Below the pieces are notes generated by a model, which saw nothing but the letters and a program-made list of their open reading frames with translations, made no database searches and had not been told where the DNA came from. Below are positions 33,862-46,164 of a stretch of 64,000 nucleotides of DNA, one piece after another. The translations under genes and the position numbers were made by a program. The stretch spans positions 83,410 to 147,409 of the forward strand of contig JBEKYM010000007.1 in assembly GCA_049510975.1 (NCBI GenBank), in the 5' to 3' direction. The DNA is from Acidimicrobiales bacterium (GTDB taxonomy: Bacteria; Actinomycetota; Acidimicrobiia; Acidimicrobiales; Bog-793). Each line of letters begins with the position of its first letter. Positions within the stretch are counted from its first letter, which is position 1.

Positions 33862-33904
33862 ACGGAGGGACCCTCCGTATACTAACCGGAGGAACCTTCC
33901 GGTT
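33862..33904. promoter_or_regulatory. Two adjacent palindromic operator candidates in the TetR/MFS divergent intergenic region
   Basis: ACGGAGGG-A-CCCTCCGT (33862-33878) is perfect with 8-bp arms. AACCGGAGGAACCTTCCGGTT (33884-33904) is imperfect. Both share the core CGGAGGnACCyTCCG. Confidence 0.55.
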
Positions 33905-33935
33905 TCTCAGCATACCAGCGGAAAGGCCCAAGTCA

Positions 33936-35498
33936 ATGCCCTCCAACCACCTTGACGCGGCGCGCCCTCGCGCAGCCGCCGCTTCCTCCGAGGAAGCTCC
34001 CGGGACACTCCGGCGACGTCTTCAACACCCATCGACGCTCCTGTTCGTCATCCTCACCGCCCAGCTCATGGTCGTGCTCGACACCACGATCGTGAATGTC
34101 GCCCTCCCGCACATCCAACAGGGGCTCGGCTTCTCCGCCAGCGGGCTGTCCTGGGTGCTCAACGCCTACATCCTGACCTTCGGCGGGCTGCTGCTCCTTG
34201 GCGCTCGTGCCGGCGACCTGCTGGGTAGGCGCCGCGTCTTTCTCACGGGCATCGCCCTGTTCACCCTGAGCTCGTTCGTCGGAGGCCTCGCAGCCACCGG
34301 CTGGATGCTGCTTGCATCGCGAGCGGTGCAAGGCATCGGCGCGGCCCTGGCGGCACCATCTGCTCTCTCGCTGCTCACGACTGCCTTTGCGGAGGGATCG
34401 GCGAGGGTGCGTGCCATCGGCCTCTACACCACGGTGTCGGCGGCCGGCGGGGCGACTGGGCTTGTGGCCGGGGGCCTCCTCACCGAGCTCCTCTCGTGGC
34501 GTTGGGTCATGTTCGTCAACGTCCCGATCGGGCTCATCGTCCTCGTCGTCGGGCGGACCGTCATTGTGGAGACCGAACCGCGTCACGGCCGGTTCGACTT
34601 CATCGGTGCCGTCACTTCGACGCTCGGCATGGTCGGAATCGTCCTCGGCCTCGTGGAAGCCGGGAGCGACGGCTGGAGCAGTCCGCTCGCCGTGGCGCCG
34701 CTCCTCCTCGGCGTTGGGTTGCTAGGTCTCTTCGTGCACCACGAGAGCCGCGCCGAAGAGCCGATCCTCCCGTTGCGGCTGTTCGCCAATGCCACCCGAT
34801 CGGCCGCCAACATCGCCCGGGGTCTGCTGTATGCCGGGATGTTCGGCGTGTTCTTCTTCCTCTCACAGTTCTTCCAGGACGTCCAGCGGTTCTCGCCGCT
34901 CGTGGCCGGCGTTGCCTTCCTGCCCATGCCAGCCTCGGTGTTCTTGTCGTCCCAGCTGGCGAGTCGTGTCTTGCTCCGACGTCTCCCGCAACAGCGCGTC
35001 ATGATGATCGGCGCCACCGTCGTCACCTTCGGCCTGCTGCTGGCAACCCGGATCCAACCCTCCACGACGTACCTCCAGATCGTCGTCTCGATGCTCATGA
35101 TCGGGGCGGGCATGGGGATCTCGTTCGTGAGCCTCACTTCGGCATCCCTGGCTGACGTCGCCCCGGAGGACGCCGGGGCAGCTTCCGGGCTCGTCAATGT
35201 CTCCCAGCAGCTCGGCGGTGCCGTCGGTCTCGCCGTACTCGTGACCGCCTTCGACGCATTCACGAGCCATACCCGGCTCGGCATCCGCCACCTCGCCGGT
35301 GCTCAGTCCATCGCTCAGGCGAATGCGACGCTCGCCCACGGCCTCGACGAGGTCTTCGCGTTGGCCGCCCTCCTCAGCCTGGCGGCGTTGGCCATGGTGA
35401 TGTTCGGCGTCCGTCCGGCACGACAGTCCGCAGAAGCGGTCATCGTCGACGTCGAGCTCGAGGACGGCCCGTCTTGGTTCGAGCGAGAGGCGGGCTAG
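33936..35498 (+). CDS. MFS transporter, DHA2/EmrB-QacA (14-TMS) type
   Basis: Lies in ORF 33834..35498, starting at ATG 33936. Segments include LMVVLDTTIVNVALPHIQ and LSWVLNAYILTFGGLLLLGARAGDLLGRRR, with many TM segments over about 520 aa. Confidence 0.9.
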   Translation: MPSNHLDAARPRAAAASSEEAPGTLRRRLQHPSTLLFVILTAQLMVVLDTTIVNVALPHIQQGLGFSASGLSWVLNAYILTFGGLLLLGARAGDLLGRRRVFLTGIALFTLSSFVGGLAATGWMLLASRAVQGIGAALAAPSALSLLTTAFAEGSARVRAIGLYTTVSAAGGATGLVAGGLLTELLSWRWVMFVNVPIGLIVLVVGRTVIVETEPRHGRFDFIGAVTSTLGMVGIVLGLVEAGSDGWSSPLAVAPLLLGVGLLGLFVHHESRAEEPILPLRLFANATRSAANIARGLLYAGMFGVFFFLSQFFQDVQRFSPLVAGVAFLPMPASVFLSSQLASRVLLRRLPQQRVMMIGATVVTFGLLLATRIQPSTTYLQIVVSMLMIGAGMGISFVSLTSASLADVAPEDAGAASGLVNVSQQLGGAVGLAVLVTAFDAFTSHTRLGIRHLAGAQSIAQANATLAHGLDEVFALAALLSLAALAMVMFGVRPARQSAEAVIVDVELEDGPSWFEREAG

Positions 35499-35521
35499 AT
35501 CCGGGTTCGTCAGCCGGGGGT

Positions 35522-36733
35522 TCAGTCCGGCCCGACGCTCGACGCCGAGCCAGGCGAAGGCGCCGGCGAGCTGGCAGCGGCCGGCACGGAGGTGCTCAGC
35601 GCCGGCCCGAGGAGCTCCGCCAGGTTCTCGACATAGAACCTCTGGCGGACGCTCTCGTCGAACCGCTCGAGATGCGTCTCGAAGCGGCCGATCGGGTCGC
35701 GTGTGCCCTCGGGGTGGGGGAAGTCCGTCGAGAACATCAAGAGATCGGGGCCGACGTTGTCGATCACCCAACCGACGTCGTCCTTGGCAAACGGGGCGAA
35801 CTTCACCTGCCGGCGGATGTAGTCACTTGCCTTCAACGGCAGTGCGGCGAGGTCGGGTTCGGTACGGGCGAACTGCATGGCGCCGTCGAGCTTCTTCAAC
35901 ATGCCCGGAACCCACTCGGCCCCTTGCTCGATGGAGGCGCCTCGCAGCCCGGGGAAACGCTCGAAGACCCCGTCGAGAGCCAGGCAGCTGAGAAAGTTCT
36001 CCGGCCAGTAGCCGATGTTGATGAAGTCCTTGGACCGGATGTTCTCGCCGCCGCCGAGGAAATCGGGCGGGAGCGGCCGGCCGTTCTCCCGGTATCCCCG
36101 CGGGACCAGCCTGCCACCGGAGCCCACATGGGTCACGAAGGGCACGCCAGCATCCTGCAACCGAGCCCAGACGGCGTCGAGCGCCGGGTGCCCCGGTCCC
36201 ATCGTCTTCGACGGCGCCGTGCTCGGCAGCAGGATCGCCCCGGGACCGAGCGCGAGGGCGAAGTCCAGCTCCTCGACCGCTCGCTCCACATCGGCCAACG
36301 AGATCAGCGGCACCGCCAGCAACCTCGGGTCGCCGGCGCAGAATTCCGCCAAGGCGCGCGTGTGCGCTCGGATGCCTCCGTACAACAGGTCGAGATCGGG
36401 CGACATGAACTGGTCGGCAGCAAACGTCGAGAAGACGAGTTGGGCATCGATGGCAAAGGTGTCGAGAATGGCCGCCCGCTCGGTGGAATCCCAGGCCCCG
36501 TAAGCGTCGTAGCCTCTGCCCCACAGCTTCCCGCCGGCCACGATGTCAGCGACGGAGCGGTCCGTGCGACGGGCGACGATCTCGGCGGCAGCGGCGTTAT
36601 CGGGAGCAAACGGCAGCGCCAAGGCCTGCAGGCGTCCCCGGACGGCCGGGTCGGCGTAGGGCGCCAGCCAATCTGTCGGCTCGAGCACGTGGCTGTCGGC
36701 GTCGAAAAGGCGACGGCCGGCCGCAGTAGTCAT
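35522..36733 (-). CDS. Amidohydrolase-2 family (metal-dependent hydrolase/decarboxylase fold) protein
   Basis: Lies in ORF 35522..36805. ATG 36733 is preceded by AGGGGGA. The protein has LFDADSHVLEPTDW near the N-terminus and MFSTDFPHPEG near the C-terminus. Confidence 0.75.
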   Translation of the reverse strand: MTTAAGRRLFDADSHVLEPTDWLAPYADPAVRGRLQALALPFAPDNAAAAEIVARRTDRSVADIVAGGKLWGRGYDAYGAWDSTERAAILDTFAIDAQLVFSTFAADQFMSPDLDLLYGGIRAHTRALAEFCAGDPRLLAVPLISLADVERAVEELDFALALGPGAILLPSTAPSKTMGPGHPALDAVWARLQDAGVPFVTHVGSGGRLVPRGYRENGRPLPPDFLGGGENIRSKDFINIGYWPENFLSCLALDGVFERFPGLRGASIEQGAEWVPGMLKKLDGAMQFARTEPDLAALPLKASDYIRRQVKFAPFAKDDVGWVIDNVGPDLLMFSTDFPHPEGTRDPIGRFETHLERFDESVRQRFYVENLAELLGPALSTSVPAAASSPAPSPGSASSVGPD

Positions 36734-36905
36734 CGTTGGTCCCCCTGACTCAGATAGGACTGGGACCGCCGCCGAACCACCACGGCGCCGCTCCACGAGA
36801 TGCACGTCGCTCTCAGGGTAGCTCGGCGCGGCGCCCCTCCGGAGACGGTGCCCGCACCCCTCCGAACCGGCACAGGCGGGAGGCCGGGGCGGTCGAAGCG
36901 TCCAT

Positions 36906-38261
36906 TCAGGCGCGGACCGTGGTGCGCAAGCGACGGAGGAAGTCGTAAGCGATGCTGTCGTGGTGAACGTGGGCCTTCACGGCGTACTTGGCGCGGTCGT
37001 CCAAGCGACCGAACAAGTAAGGCAGAGGAGCTCGACGAAGATATTGCTTCAGATAGGCACGGACTTCGCTGCTGGATTCAGCTAATCCGTTGTCGGCCCA
37101 TTTTCCGAGATATGGGTTGATCGCTGGATAGATTCCCGACGTCTCCGCCTTGCCGTGCAGCGTCATTTTCATGAAGTTGCCGATGAACAGATCATCGAAC
37201 ACGGCGTATTTGACCGCAGAAATCAGCGACCCTCGGGGCACCTCGAAGGTCACGCCGGAGCGGTCGCGAGACGACCAGCGGATGACGTGCTCCTCGCCGC
37301 CGACGACGAGCCGTACGAAATCCAGCCGGTTGCCGATCATGGGGCGGCGCTCGAAATACGAGCGGACCGTGAGGGCGTCGTCGCTCGACAGGGGTTCGCT
37401 CCAGTCGTCGCCGAAGGTCTCGGGACTGAACGTCTCTTCCGGTACGGCGTCGCGAGGAAGCAACGAGTAGTCGTGCCGCATCACGTCATAGGCGACAAAG
37501 GCCGGCAGCAGCTCCCCGACGCGAGGGTCGAAGCCGATGGGATAGTCGTCCAGCTGGGGCAAGAGGTCGTTGGCCCAGACGCTGTCGGCTCGCTGGTAGC
37601 GGTGCAACGAGCTGAAGGGCACGGCGATGTGGGCGCCGTAGTGCTTCATCTGGTTGGCGATGCCCGCCCCGAGCGGGAGCCGCTTGGCCCCGACGGGGGT
37701 GATCTGGCGGCCGGACTCGTCGAAGTAGTTGTTCTCGGCGTCGCCGAACCCGCTCCATCGCAGCAGCACGACGTCGTGATAGTGCTTGGCCATGCGCTTG
37801 ATGTATCCCTGCCAGACCGTCGACGGCGTGTCGTTCATGTCGATGATCAACGTGCCGTCGATGTCGATGAGCAAGATGGAGTCCTGGTTGTAGTGCGCCA
37901 GCGACTGCATGTGGATTCTCGGCGACACTTCCACCCACTGCCGGTCCCGCATGATCGTCGTGCGGAACCCGCATTCGGTCAGGAAGTCGGCGATCCGCCG
38001 GCCGACGTGATCGCTCACGAAGATGTGCTTCCCGCGCAGGCGGAGCAACGAGTCGAAGCTCAGATGATCCGGGTGGCCGTGGGAAAGCCAGACGTTGGAG
38101 CAAGCTTCGATGGCCGACATCTGCTCCTCGGGGATGTGGTGGGACAGCCCCCAACTCCCGAAGTACGCCGGGCCCTCGAGCCACGGATCCGTGACGAGGA
38201 CCGGCCCGCCGTCATGACAGACGACGGTTGCGTTTCCCACTGTTTCGAAGCCCAGTTCCAT
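36906..38261 (-). CDS. MBL-fold metallo-hydrolase with ~250-aa unassigned C-terminal extension
   Basis: 451 aa. The N-terminus is VLVTDPWL...WLSHGHPDHL (HxHxDH) and the remainder is unrecognised. The G+C content is noticeably lower than in the flanks. Confidence 0.7.
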   Translation of the reverse strand: MELGFETVGNATVVCHDGGPVLVTDPWLEGPAYFGSWGLSHHIPEEQMSAIEACSNVWLSHGHPDHLSFDSLLRLRGKHIFVSDHVGRRIADFLTECGFRTTIMRDRQWVEVSPRIHMQSLAHYNQDSILLIDIDGTLIIDMNDTPSTVWQGYIKRMAKHYHDVVLLRWSGFGDAENNYFDESGRQITPVGAKRLPLGAGIANQMKHYGAHIAVPFSSLHRYQRADSVWANDLLPQLDDYPIGFDPRVGELLPAFVAYDVMRHDYSLLPRDAVPEETFSPETFGDDWSEPLSSDDALTVRSYFERRPMIGNRLDFVRLVVGGEEHVIRWSSRDRSGVTFEVPRGSLISAVKYAVFDDLFIGNFMKMTLHGKAETSGIYPAINPYLGKWADNGLAESSSEVRAYLKQYLRRAPLPYLFGRLDDRAKYAVKAHVHHDSIAYDFLRRLRTTVRA

Positions 38262-38365
38262 GCGTTACCACTGTCTTAGATTCCTGTGTGCGTGCCAGGT
38301 CCAAGGACCCAACCCACATCCGCCACGCCCAGTATGACGTATCAGGAGGCCAGTCCGAACGAGAA

Positions 38366-40995
38366 TTACATAAATGCCGGCGCATGTAGTTCGGGCACGT
38401 CGCTCGACAACAGCGCCACGGGGAGCTCCGCGAACAACTCCGAGAGGGCGATCCAGCCCCGATCGACCTCCAGGCGGCGCCCCGTGAGGACGTCGGTGAG
38501 GGGTCCCTCGCCGGCGGGCAGGACGAGGGCGCCGTCGGCGAAGCACGAACCGACGGCGAAGCGCCCGGGACCCGCCAACGTGCGGGTCTTTCGTACTGCC
38601 GCTGCCACGGCGAAGTGATCGACGGCGATACGCGCAAAAGCGATGACGTGCTCGCCGCCCACGCCGGTGGCGGCCAGCGGCAAGTAGGCCCCGTCTTCGA
38701 ACGTGCCGGCGTGCGCACGGCGGAGCCGCAGCGAGCGGGCGAGCACCGCCAGCTTGACCCGTCCGTCCTCCCAGGTCGACAACAGCGACGAGGAGGACAG
38801 GCCCGAGCCGAGGTCGTCGAAGTAGTCGAGGTTGTCGAGCACGGAGGCGGCCTCGGAGAGGTCGACGTACCGCCGGTTGTCGGGATCGACGAGCGCGAGC
38901 GACCACCGTTCGGTTCCCTGGTACGTGTCGGGGACCCCCGGGGCGACCACGCGAAGCAGGCAGAGGCCGAGTGAGTTGGCGGCGCCGGCAGGGCCGATCT
39001 CGTTACTCAGCTGTCCGAGGAGCGACAGGAAGACGCCGTTCGCGGGCGAGAGGACGCTCGAGACGAAGTGGCGGACGAGCGACTCGTAGTGCTCGTTCGG
39101 ATCGGTCCAGCTGCTGTGGCGCTTTGCCTCCCGAACGGCTTTCTCCATGTGCTGTTCGATGCGGGCGACGTACTCGGTGCTCACCTCTCCGGACAGTGGG
39201 AACGAGCCCACAAGCGTCTCGTACAGGTACGTCTCTTCGGCCGCGTCGGGAACGTCCCCGGCGCCGCGCTGGCAGCGATGCGGCGCATTGACGGCGCGGA
39301 ACGTCTCGAGGCTGGCGGACCACCGCGCCGGCATCTCGGACAGCACGGCGAGGCGGCTGCGCAGGTCCTCGCTCCGCTTCGAGTCGTGCGTGGACGTGGC
39401 GCTGAGGGCCATCGGCGTGCGGAGGAGACGGTCGGACATGGCCTCGTGGAAGTCATCGAGCCGGCGAGCTGCGTCGTCGGGATCACTGCCGACCTCGACC
39501 GTGGCGAGCAGCCGTCCGGCGTTGTAGGCCGCCGTGTCCTCACCCCCCTTTGCCATGACAGCTCCCGAGAGCTGCTGCAGGCCGGCGACGGCGGCGGCTG
39601 CACCGTCCCCGTCCTCGCCGGTGCCGGGGCGACCCGAGTTGACGACGAGAGCACTGATCACCCCGAGCGCCCTGCGACCCTCGGCGTCGAGCTGTGACTC
39701 GGCCGCTTGTCCCGCCTCCTTCACGCGCTCGATGCCGGCCGGACTGAGCGGGCGGCCCGGTGCCGCGTAGGTGCGGTAGACGCCGAGGGCGGCGATCAGG
39801 GCCGCCGAGGCCTGGCGGATCGAGCGGAGCGACAGGTCGCCGGCGGCCCGATCGCATGCCGTTGCCGCTGCCAAGGTCCTCGCCACGCGGTCGAGCTGGC
39901 CGGCGAAGAGTTCTTCGAGGACTTGGCGTTTTGCCTCCACGACCCGCTCGGCAAAGCTGCGCTCGTCGCCGGTCAGCCTCGCCATCGACGAGGCGATGGC
40001 ATCGGCCCCTCCGGCATCCACGAACAGGCCGCCGGCGGCGGCGGCGAAGTCGTAGCCCGTCGTGCCGTCTACGTCCCAGTCCGCCTCCAGGGACTCCGAG
40101 CGGGCGAGGATCTTCTCCACGAAGACCAGCGGTGACATTTCGCCGATGTCGTTCAGGTCCCGCCTGAGGCGGGCAAGGTAGCCGGCCGGGTCGGCGAGGC
40201 CGTCGATGTGGTCGACGCGAAAGCCGGCGATCCGTTCGTCGCGGGCGAGCTCGAGGAGGAACCTGTGCGTGGCCGTGTACACACCCTCGTCCTCCAGGCG
40301 CACTGCGACGAGGTCGTTGACGTCGAAGAAACGCCGGTAGTTGACCTCGTCTCGGGCGCTTCGCCAGTACGAGAGCCGGTAGTGCTGCTGCGCAAGGATG
40401 CTCTCGAGGTACCTCGCCGCCACGTCTTCACCGAGCTCCTCGAAGGAGGCCACGAGTGCCGAAGCGTCGCCCTGGACGCTGCCGTCGGCGAGCGGGAAGA
40501 ACCGGTCGCCGGCGGAGAGCACGACCTCGCCGCGGCGGCGTCGGAGTGAGATCTCGCCGTCGGCGAGGACGTCCACGAGCGGCCGCGCCAGTACCGGGAG
40601 CACGACCCGGCCGCCGGCCGAGTCCCAGTCGATGTCGAAGACCCGGCCACCCGGACCCTCCCGTCCGGCTGCGAGCGCCGCCTGCCACGACGGGTTGTCC
40701 TCCGAGGCCGCCTGGTGGTTCGGCACGACGTCGAGGAGCACGTTGAGGCCGGCATCGGCCAGGCTCGAGAGCATTTCCTCGAAGTCCGCCGGCGTCCCGA
40801 GGGCCGGATCGAGCTCGCCGGGATCGACGACGTCGTAGCCGTGAGAACTCCCGGTGCGAGCGTGCAGGATCGGCGAGAGGTACAGCGTCTCGATCCCGAG
40901 CGACGACAGGTAAGGAACCAGTGCAACGATGTCGCGGAAGGATCGACCCGCCAGCTGCAGACGGTAGGTGGCTCCGATCCGACGCCGCCCGGCCC

Positions 40996-40999
<4 letters not shown>
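38366..40999 (-). CDS. treY: Malto-oligosyltrehalose synthase TreY
   Basis: Lies in ORF 38366..41320. GTG 40999 forms a GTGA overlap with the glgX stop. Segments include ATYRLQL, LGIETLYLSPIL...GSSHGYDV, VPNH and GFRVDHIDGLADP. Confidence 0.9.
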
Positions 41000-43091
<2,092 letters not shown>

Positions 43092-43092
<1 letters not shown>

Positions 43093-44984
43093 CAGGCGTC
43101 GTCCTGTTCCGATGAGTGGAAGCTGGCAAAGCCAAAGGCCCGCAGGCGAAGCGATGCGCCGGCGTGGAGCTCGTACCCGGGCGCCGGCGAGGTCCCGCCG
43201 AGCTCGTCGGTGTCGCAGTCGACGATGGTGTGCCAAGTCCCAGCACCTGTGACGGTGCTCGGCGAAGCGGGCGGCAATTGGTACGTCTCCTCCCCATCTC
43301 CGGTGTTGAAGAGCGTGAGGAGCGACTCGCCCGGGCGAGAACGCCGCAGGACGACGAGCGAGCCGGCGGCGTGCGCCTCGGAAGTGGTCACGCAGGCGTC
43401 GCTGAAGAGCGAGAAGTGGTTTCGAATCTCGATCAACCGCCGATAGAGCCCATACAGCTCCGCGTGACCCGGCTCCTTGCGCAGCGCCCGATCGGGACGA
43501 GCGGCCTCGAACGTCTCCTCGGCGGCGGGGTCGAGGAGGTCGCGTCCGGCGGCGAACTCCGCTGCACGTCCGGCGCGCACGGCCTCCAGCAACGTCGGGT
43601 CGGAGTGGTCGACAAAGTACGGGAACGGCGCCGTCTCGCCGTACTCCTCGCCCATGAACAGCAGCGGAATCGACGGCGAGAGCAAGACGAGCGCCGCCGC
43701 CAGAGCGAGGCGGGGAAGGCTCACGAGAGCCGACAGGCGCTCCGCACCACCGCGGTTGCCGATCTGGTCGTGGTTCTGGGTGAAAGCGACAAAGTGGTGT
43801 GGGGCCGGACTGGCTGGCGTCGCCCCGTGCCGCCGTCCCCGAAAGGCGGAGTACTCCCCCTGGAAGGAGAAACCCTCCACCATCGCCCGCGCCAGCTGTT
43901 CCGGGCGGCCATAGTCGGCGTAGTACCCCTCGCGCTCACCGGTGATCAGCACATGCAGGCTGTGATGAAAGTCGTCGCACCATTGGGCATCGAGGCCGTA
44001 GCCGCCCGCAGAGCTGGGTGCCACAACACGGGGATCGTTGTCGGCGCTCTCGGCGATCAGTCGCAGTGGTCGTCCGAGCTCTGCCCCGAGGCGCCGCGTC
44101 GCTTCGGCAAGCTCGGCCAGGAACGGATGGGCCGAGCGGTCGATGATGCCGTGCACCGCATCGAGACGGAGTGCGTCGACGTGGAAGTCGGCGAAGTAGC
44201 CGAGGGCGCTCTCGATGAGGAAGCGGCGCACCTCGTCGGACCCGGCCAGCTCGACGTTCACGGCCGGGCCCCACGGCGTTGCGTAACGATCGGTGACGTA
44301 CGGGCCGAAGTCGTCGAGGACGCAGCCCTCCGGTCCGAAGTGGTTGTGGACGACATCGGCGACGACCGCCAGTCCACGCCGATGGCATCGGTCGACGAAT
44401 CGCTGCAGACCGCGCGGCCCGCCATAGCTGTCCTGCACGGCAAAGAGGAAGACGCCGTCGTAGCCCCAGTTGCGCCGACCGGGAAACTGCGCCACGGGCA
44501 TGATCTCGACGGCATTGACGCCGAGCTCGACGAGATGGTCGAGATGGCCGAGCGCGCCGTCGAACGTGCCCTCCTCCGAGAACGTGCCGACATGCAGCTC
44601 GTAGATCACCATCCTCGGCAGCGCCGCAGGCACGAAGCCGGCGTCGCTCCACTCGAAGTCCGCCAAATCGACGACCTCGGACGGGCCGTGCACTCCCTCG
44701 GGCTGGAAGCGCGAGCACGGATCCGCCAGCTCGCGAATGCCGTCGAGGCGGTAGCGGTAACGGGCACCGGCTCCGAGGCCCGCGACCACGCCCGCGAAGT
44801 ACCCCTTCTCGGTCGGTGCCAGCGGCACGAATCGGTCACCGTCGATCACGTGCAGCTCGAGGCTCGTCGCCTTGGGCGCCCAGACGCGAAAGCTCGCGCC
44901 GCCGTCGACCGGCACGGCGCCGAGAGATCGGCATGGCTCAGCCGGAGACAGCGGCGCCATCGATCGGCAACCGGGCAGCGTCAC
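43092..44984 (-). CDS. treZ: Malto-oligosyltrehalose trehalohydrolase TreZ
   Basis: 630 aa. Segments include FRVWAP, IYELHVGTF, WGYDGV, DVVHNHFG, LRLDAVH, AESADNDP and FTQNHDQIGNR. The start is GTG 44984 or ATG 44960. Confidence 0.9.
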
Positions 44985-45066
44985 CGTTGGTCCCTACCCC
45001 GACCAGCTCGGCGCGAACCGCCGGCCGAGCGCTTAGCTTGAAATCCAGGCGACGAGGGGAACATCC

Positions 45067-45870
45067 ATGGCCAGCCAATCCCAACCGGAGGACGAGCTCG
45101 AGCTCCTGTTCAACCTCCGGATGAAAGCCCACCGCATCGGCGAGCCACCGATGGGGTCATCGACCGAGCTCGCTCAGTGGCTGGCGGAACGGGAGCTCGC
45201 CCGAGTGAGCGGACGCAGCGCCCTGCCGAGTGCTGCCGAAGCGATCGCCGGTCGGACGATCGCCGGCAGTTGGTGGGGAGAGCCGGAGGGCTCGCTCATC
45301 TTCCGGTTGCTGACCGAGCTCGAAGACGCCCCGGGCGCGCCGAGTGACGTGGCCCTCCTCGAGGGGAAGCGGACGCTCGTCTCGCCTCGCTTGGCACCCA
45401 CCGTGCTCGCCGTCACCCGCGACCGCGGGCGCCGGCAACGGGTCATCGCCCAACTGACCGAACCCGCTCGCCGTCTGCTCGAGGTCCTCGCCGCCGGCAA
45501 GGTCGTGCGCTCGGACGAACCCGAGCTCGGCGGCAAGGATCTCCGGGCTGCTCGAGTCGCTCTCGAGGCCGGACTGCTCGCCACCTCGACGTCGGTCCAC
45601 ACGGCGTCGGGTCGTCACGTCTCGCTCATCGAGTACGCAGGCGATGAACCGACGAGTGCGGACTCGGGCGGCCCGGCCGTAGCGGCGGTCCCGCTGGACG
45701 AGCTCTTTCGTGCCGCCTTGAGAGCTGCTGTGGTCGCCGAAGAGCGGGAGGTCGAGCGGTGGTTCCGGTTCGTGGAGCCGGACGAATCCCTGCGGGCGGC
45801 CGCCGTCGCCCGGCTGGAGGCGCGCCGGATCGTGGCGGGCGGGAAGACCTGGCTGAGCCTGCCTCAGTAG
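45067..45870 (+). CDS. Hypothetical protein
   Basis: 267-aa ORF with protein-like, non-low-complexity composition. I recognised no family signature. The start may instead be the internal ATG at MGSSTELAQW. Confidence 0.45.
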   Translation: MASQSQPEDELELLFNLRMKAHRIGEPPMGSSTELAQWLAERELARVSGRSALPSAAEAIAGRTIAGSWWGEPEGSLIFRLLTELEDAPGAPSDVALLEGKRTLVSPRLAPTVLAVTRDRGRRQRVIAQLTEPARRLLEVLAAGKVVRSDEPELGGKDLRAARVALEAGLLATSTSVHTASGRHVSLIEYAGDEPTSADSGGPAVAAVPLDELFRAALRAAVVAEEREVERWFRFVEPDESLRAAAVARLEARRIVAGGKTWLSLPQ

Positions 45871-46076
45871 CGCCGGCGGCCCCCTCGTCGCCGCATCACG
45901 GCGACGATGGCAGCGATCACGGCGATGACGATCACGATCTTGATGATGGCGCCGATGATGCCGGCAATGAAGCCGACGACGATGTAGGCCACGATGGCGA
46001 CCACGACGACCGCACCGACGACCATGGCCCCGCGTGCGAGCCGTAAGCCTCCGGAGCTCTTGCGGGGTTCGAGCAT
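45864..46076 (-). CDS. Small (70 aa) extremely hydrophobic Ile/Val/Ala-rich membrane peptide
   Basis: This is the 3' part of ORF 45864..46268. ATG 46076 is preceded by GAGGAGGA. The product is MLEPRKSSGGLRLARGAMVVGAVVVVAIVAYIVVGFIAGIIGAIIKIVIVIAVIAAIVAVMRRRGGRRRY. Confidence 0.45.
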   Translation of the reverse strand: MLEPRKSSGGLRLARGAMVVGAVVVVAIVAYIVVGFIAGIIGAIIKIVIVIAVIAAIVAVMRRRGGRRRY

Positions 46077-46164
46077 GTCGGTTCCTCCTCGCCAGCACCG
46101 TAGCCGCGTTACCGGCAGCCGATGGGGCGCGGGAGCTCGTCCCGCCGCCTCGTACGCTACGCCG

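Noticed and set aside
45759-46046. Plus-strand ORF encoding an Asp/His/Gly-rich peptide (…DDGSDHGDDDHDLDDGADDAGNEADDDVGHDGDHDD…).
   Set aside because: It is the antisense image of the Ile/Val/Ala-rich small membrane peptide, which has a strong SD. The plus-strand ORF has no ribosome-binding site and overlaps the end of 45067..45870.
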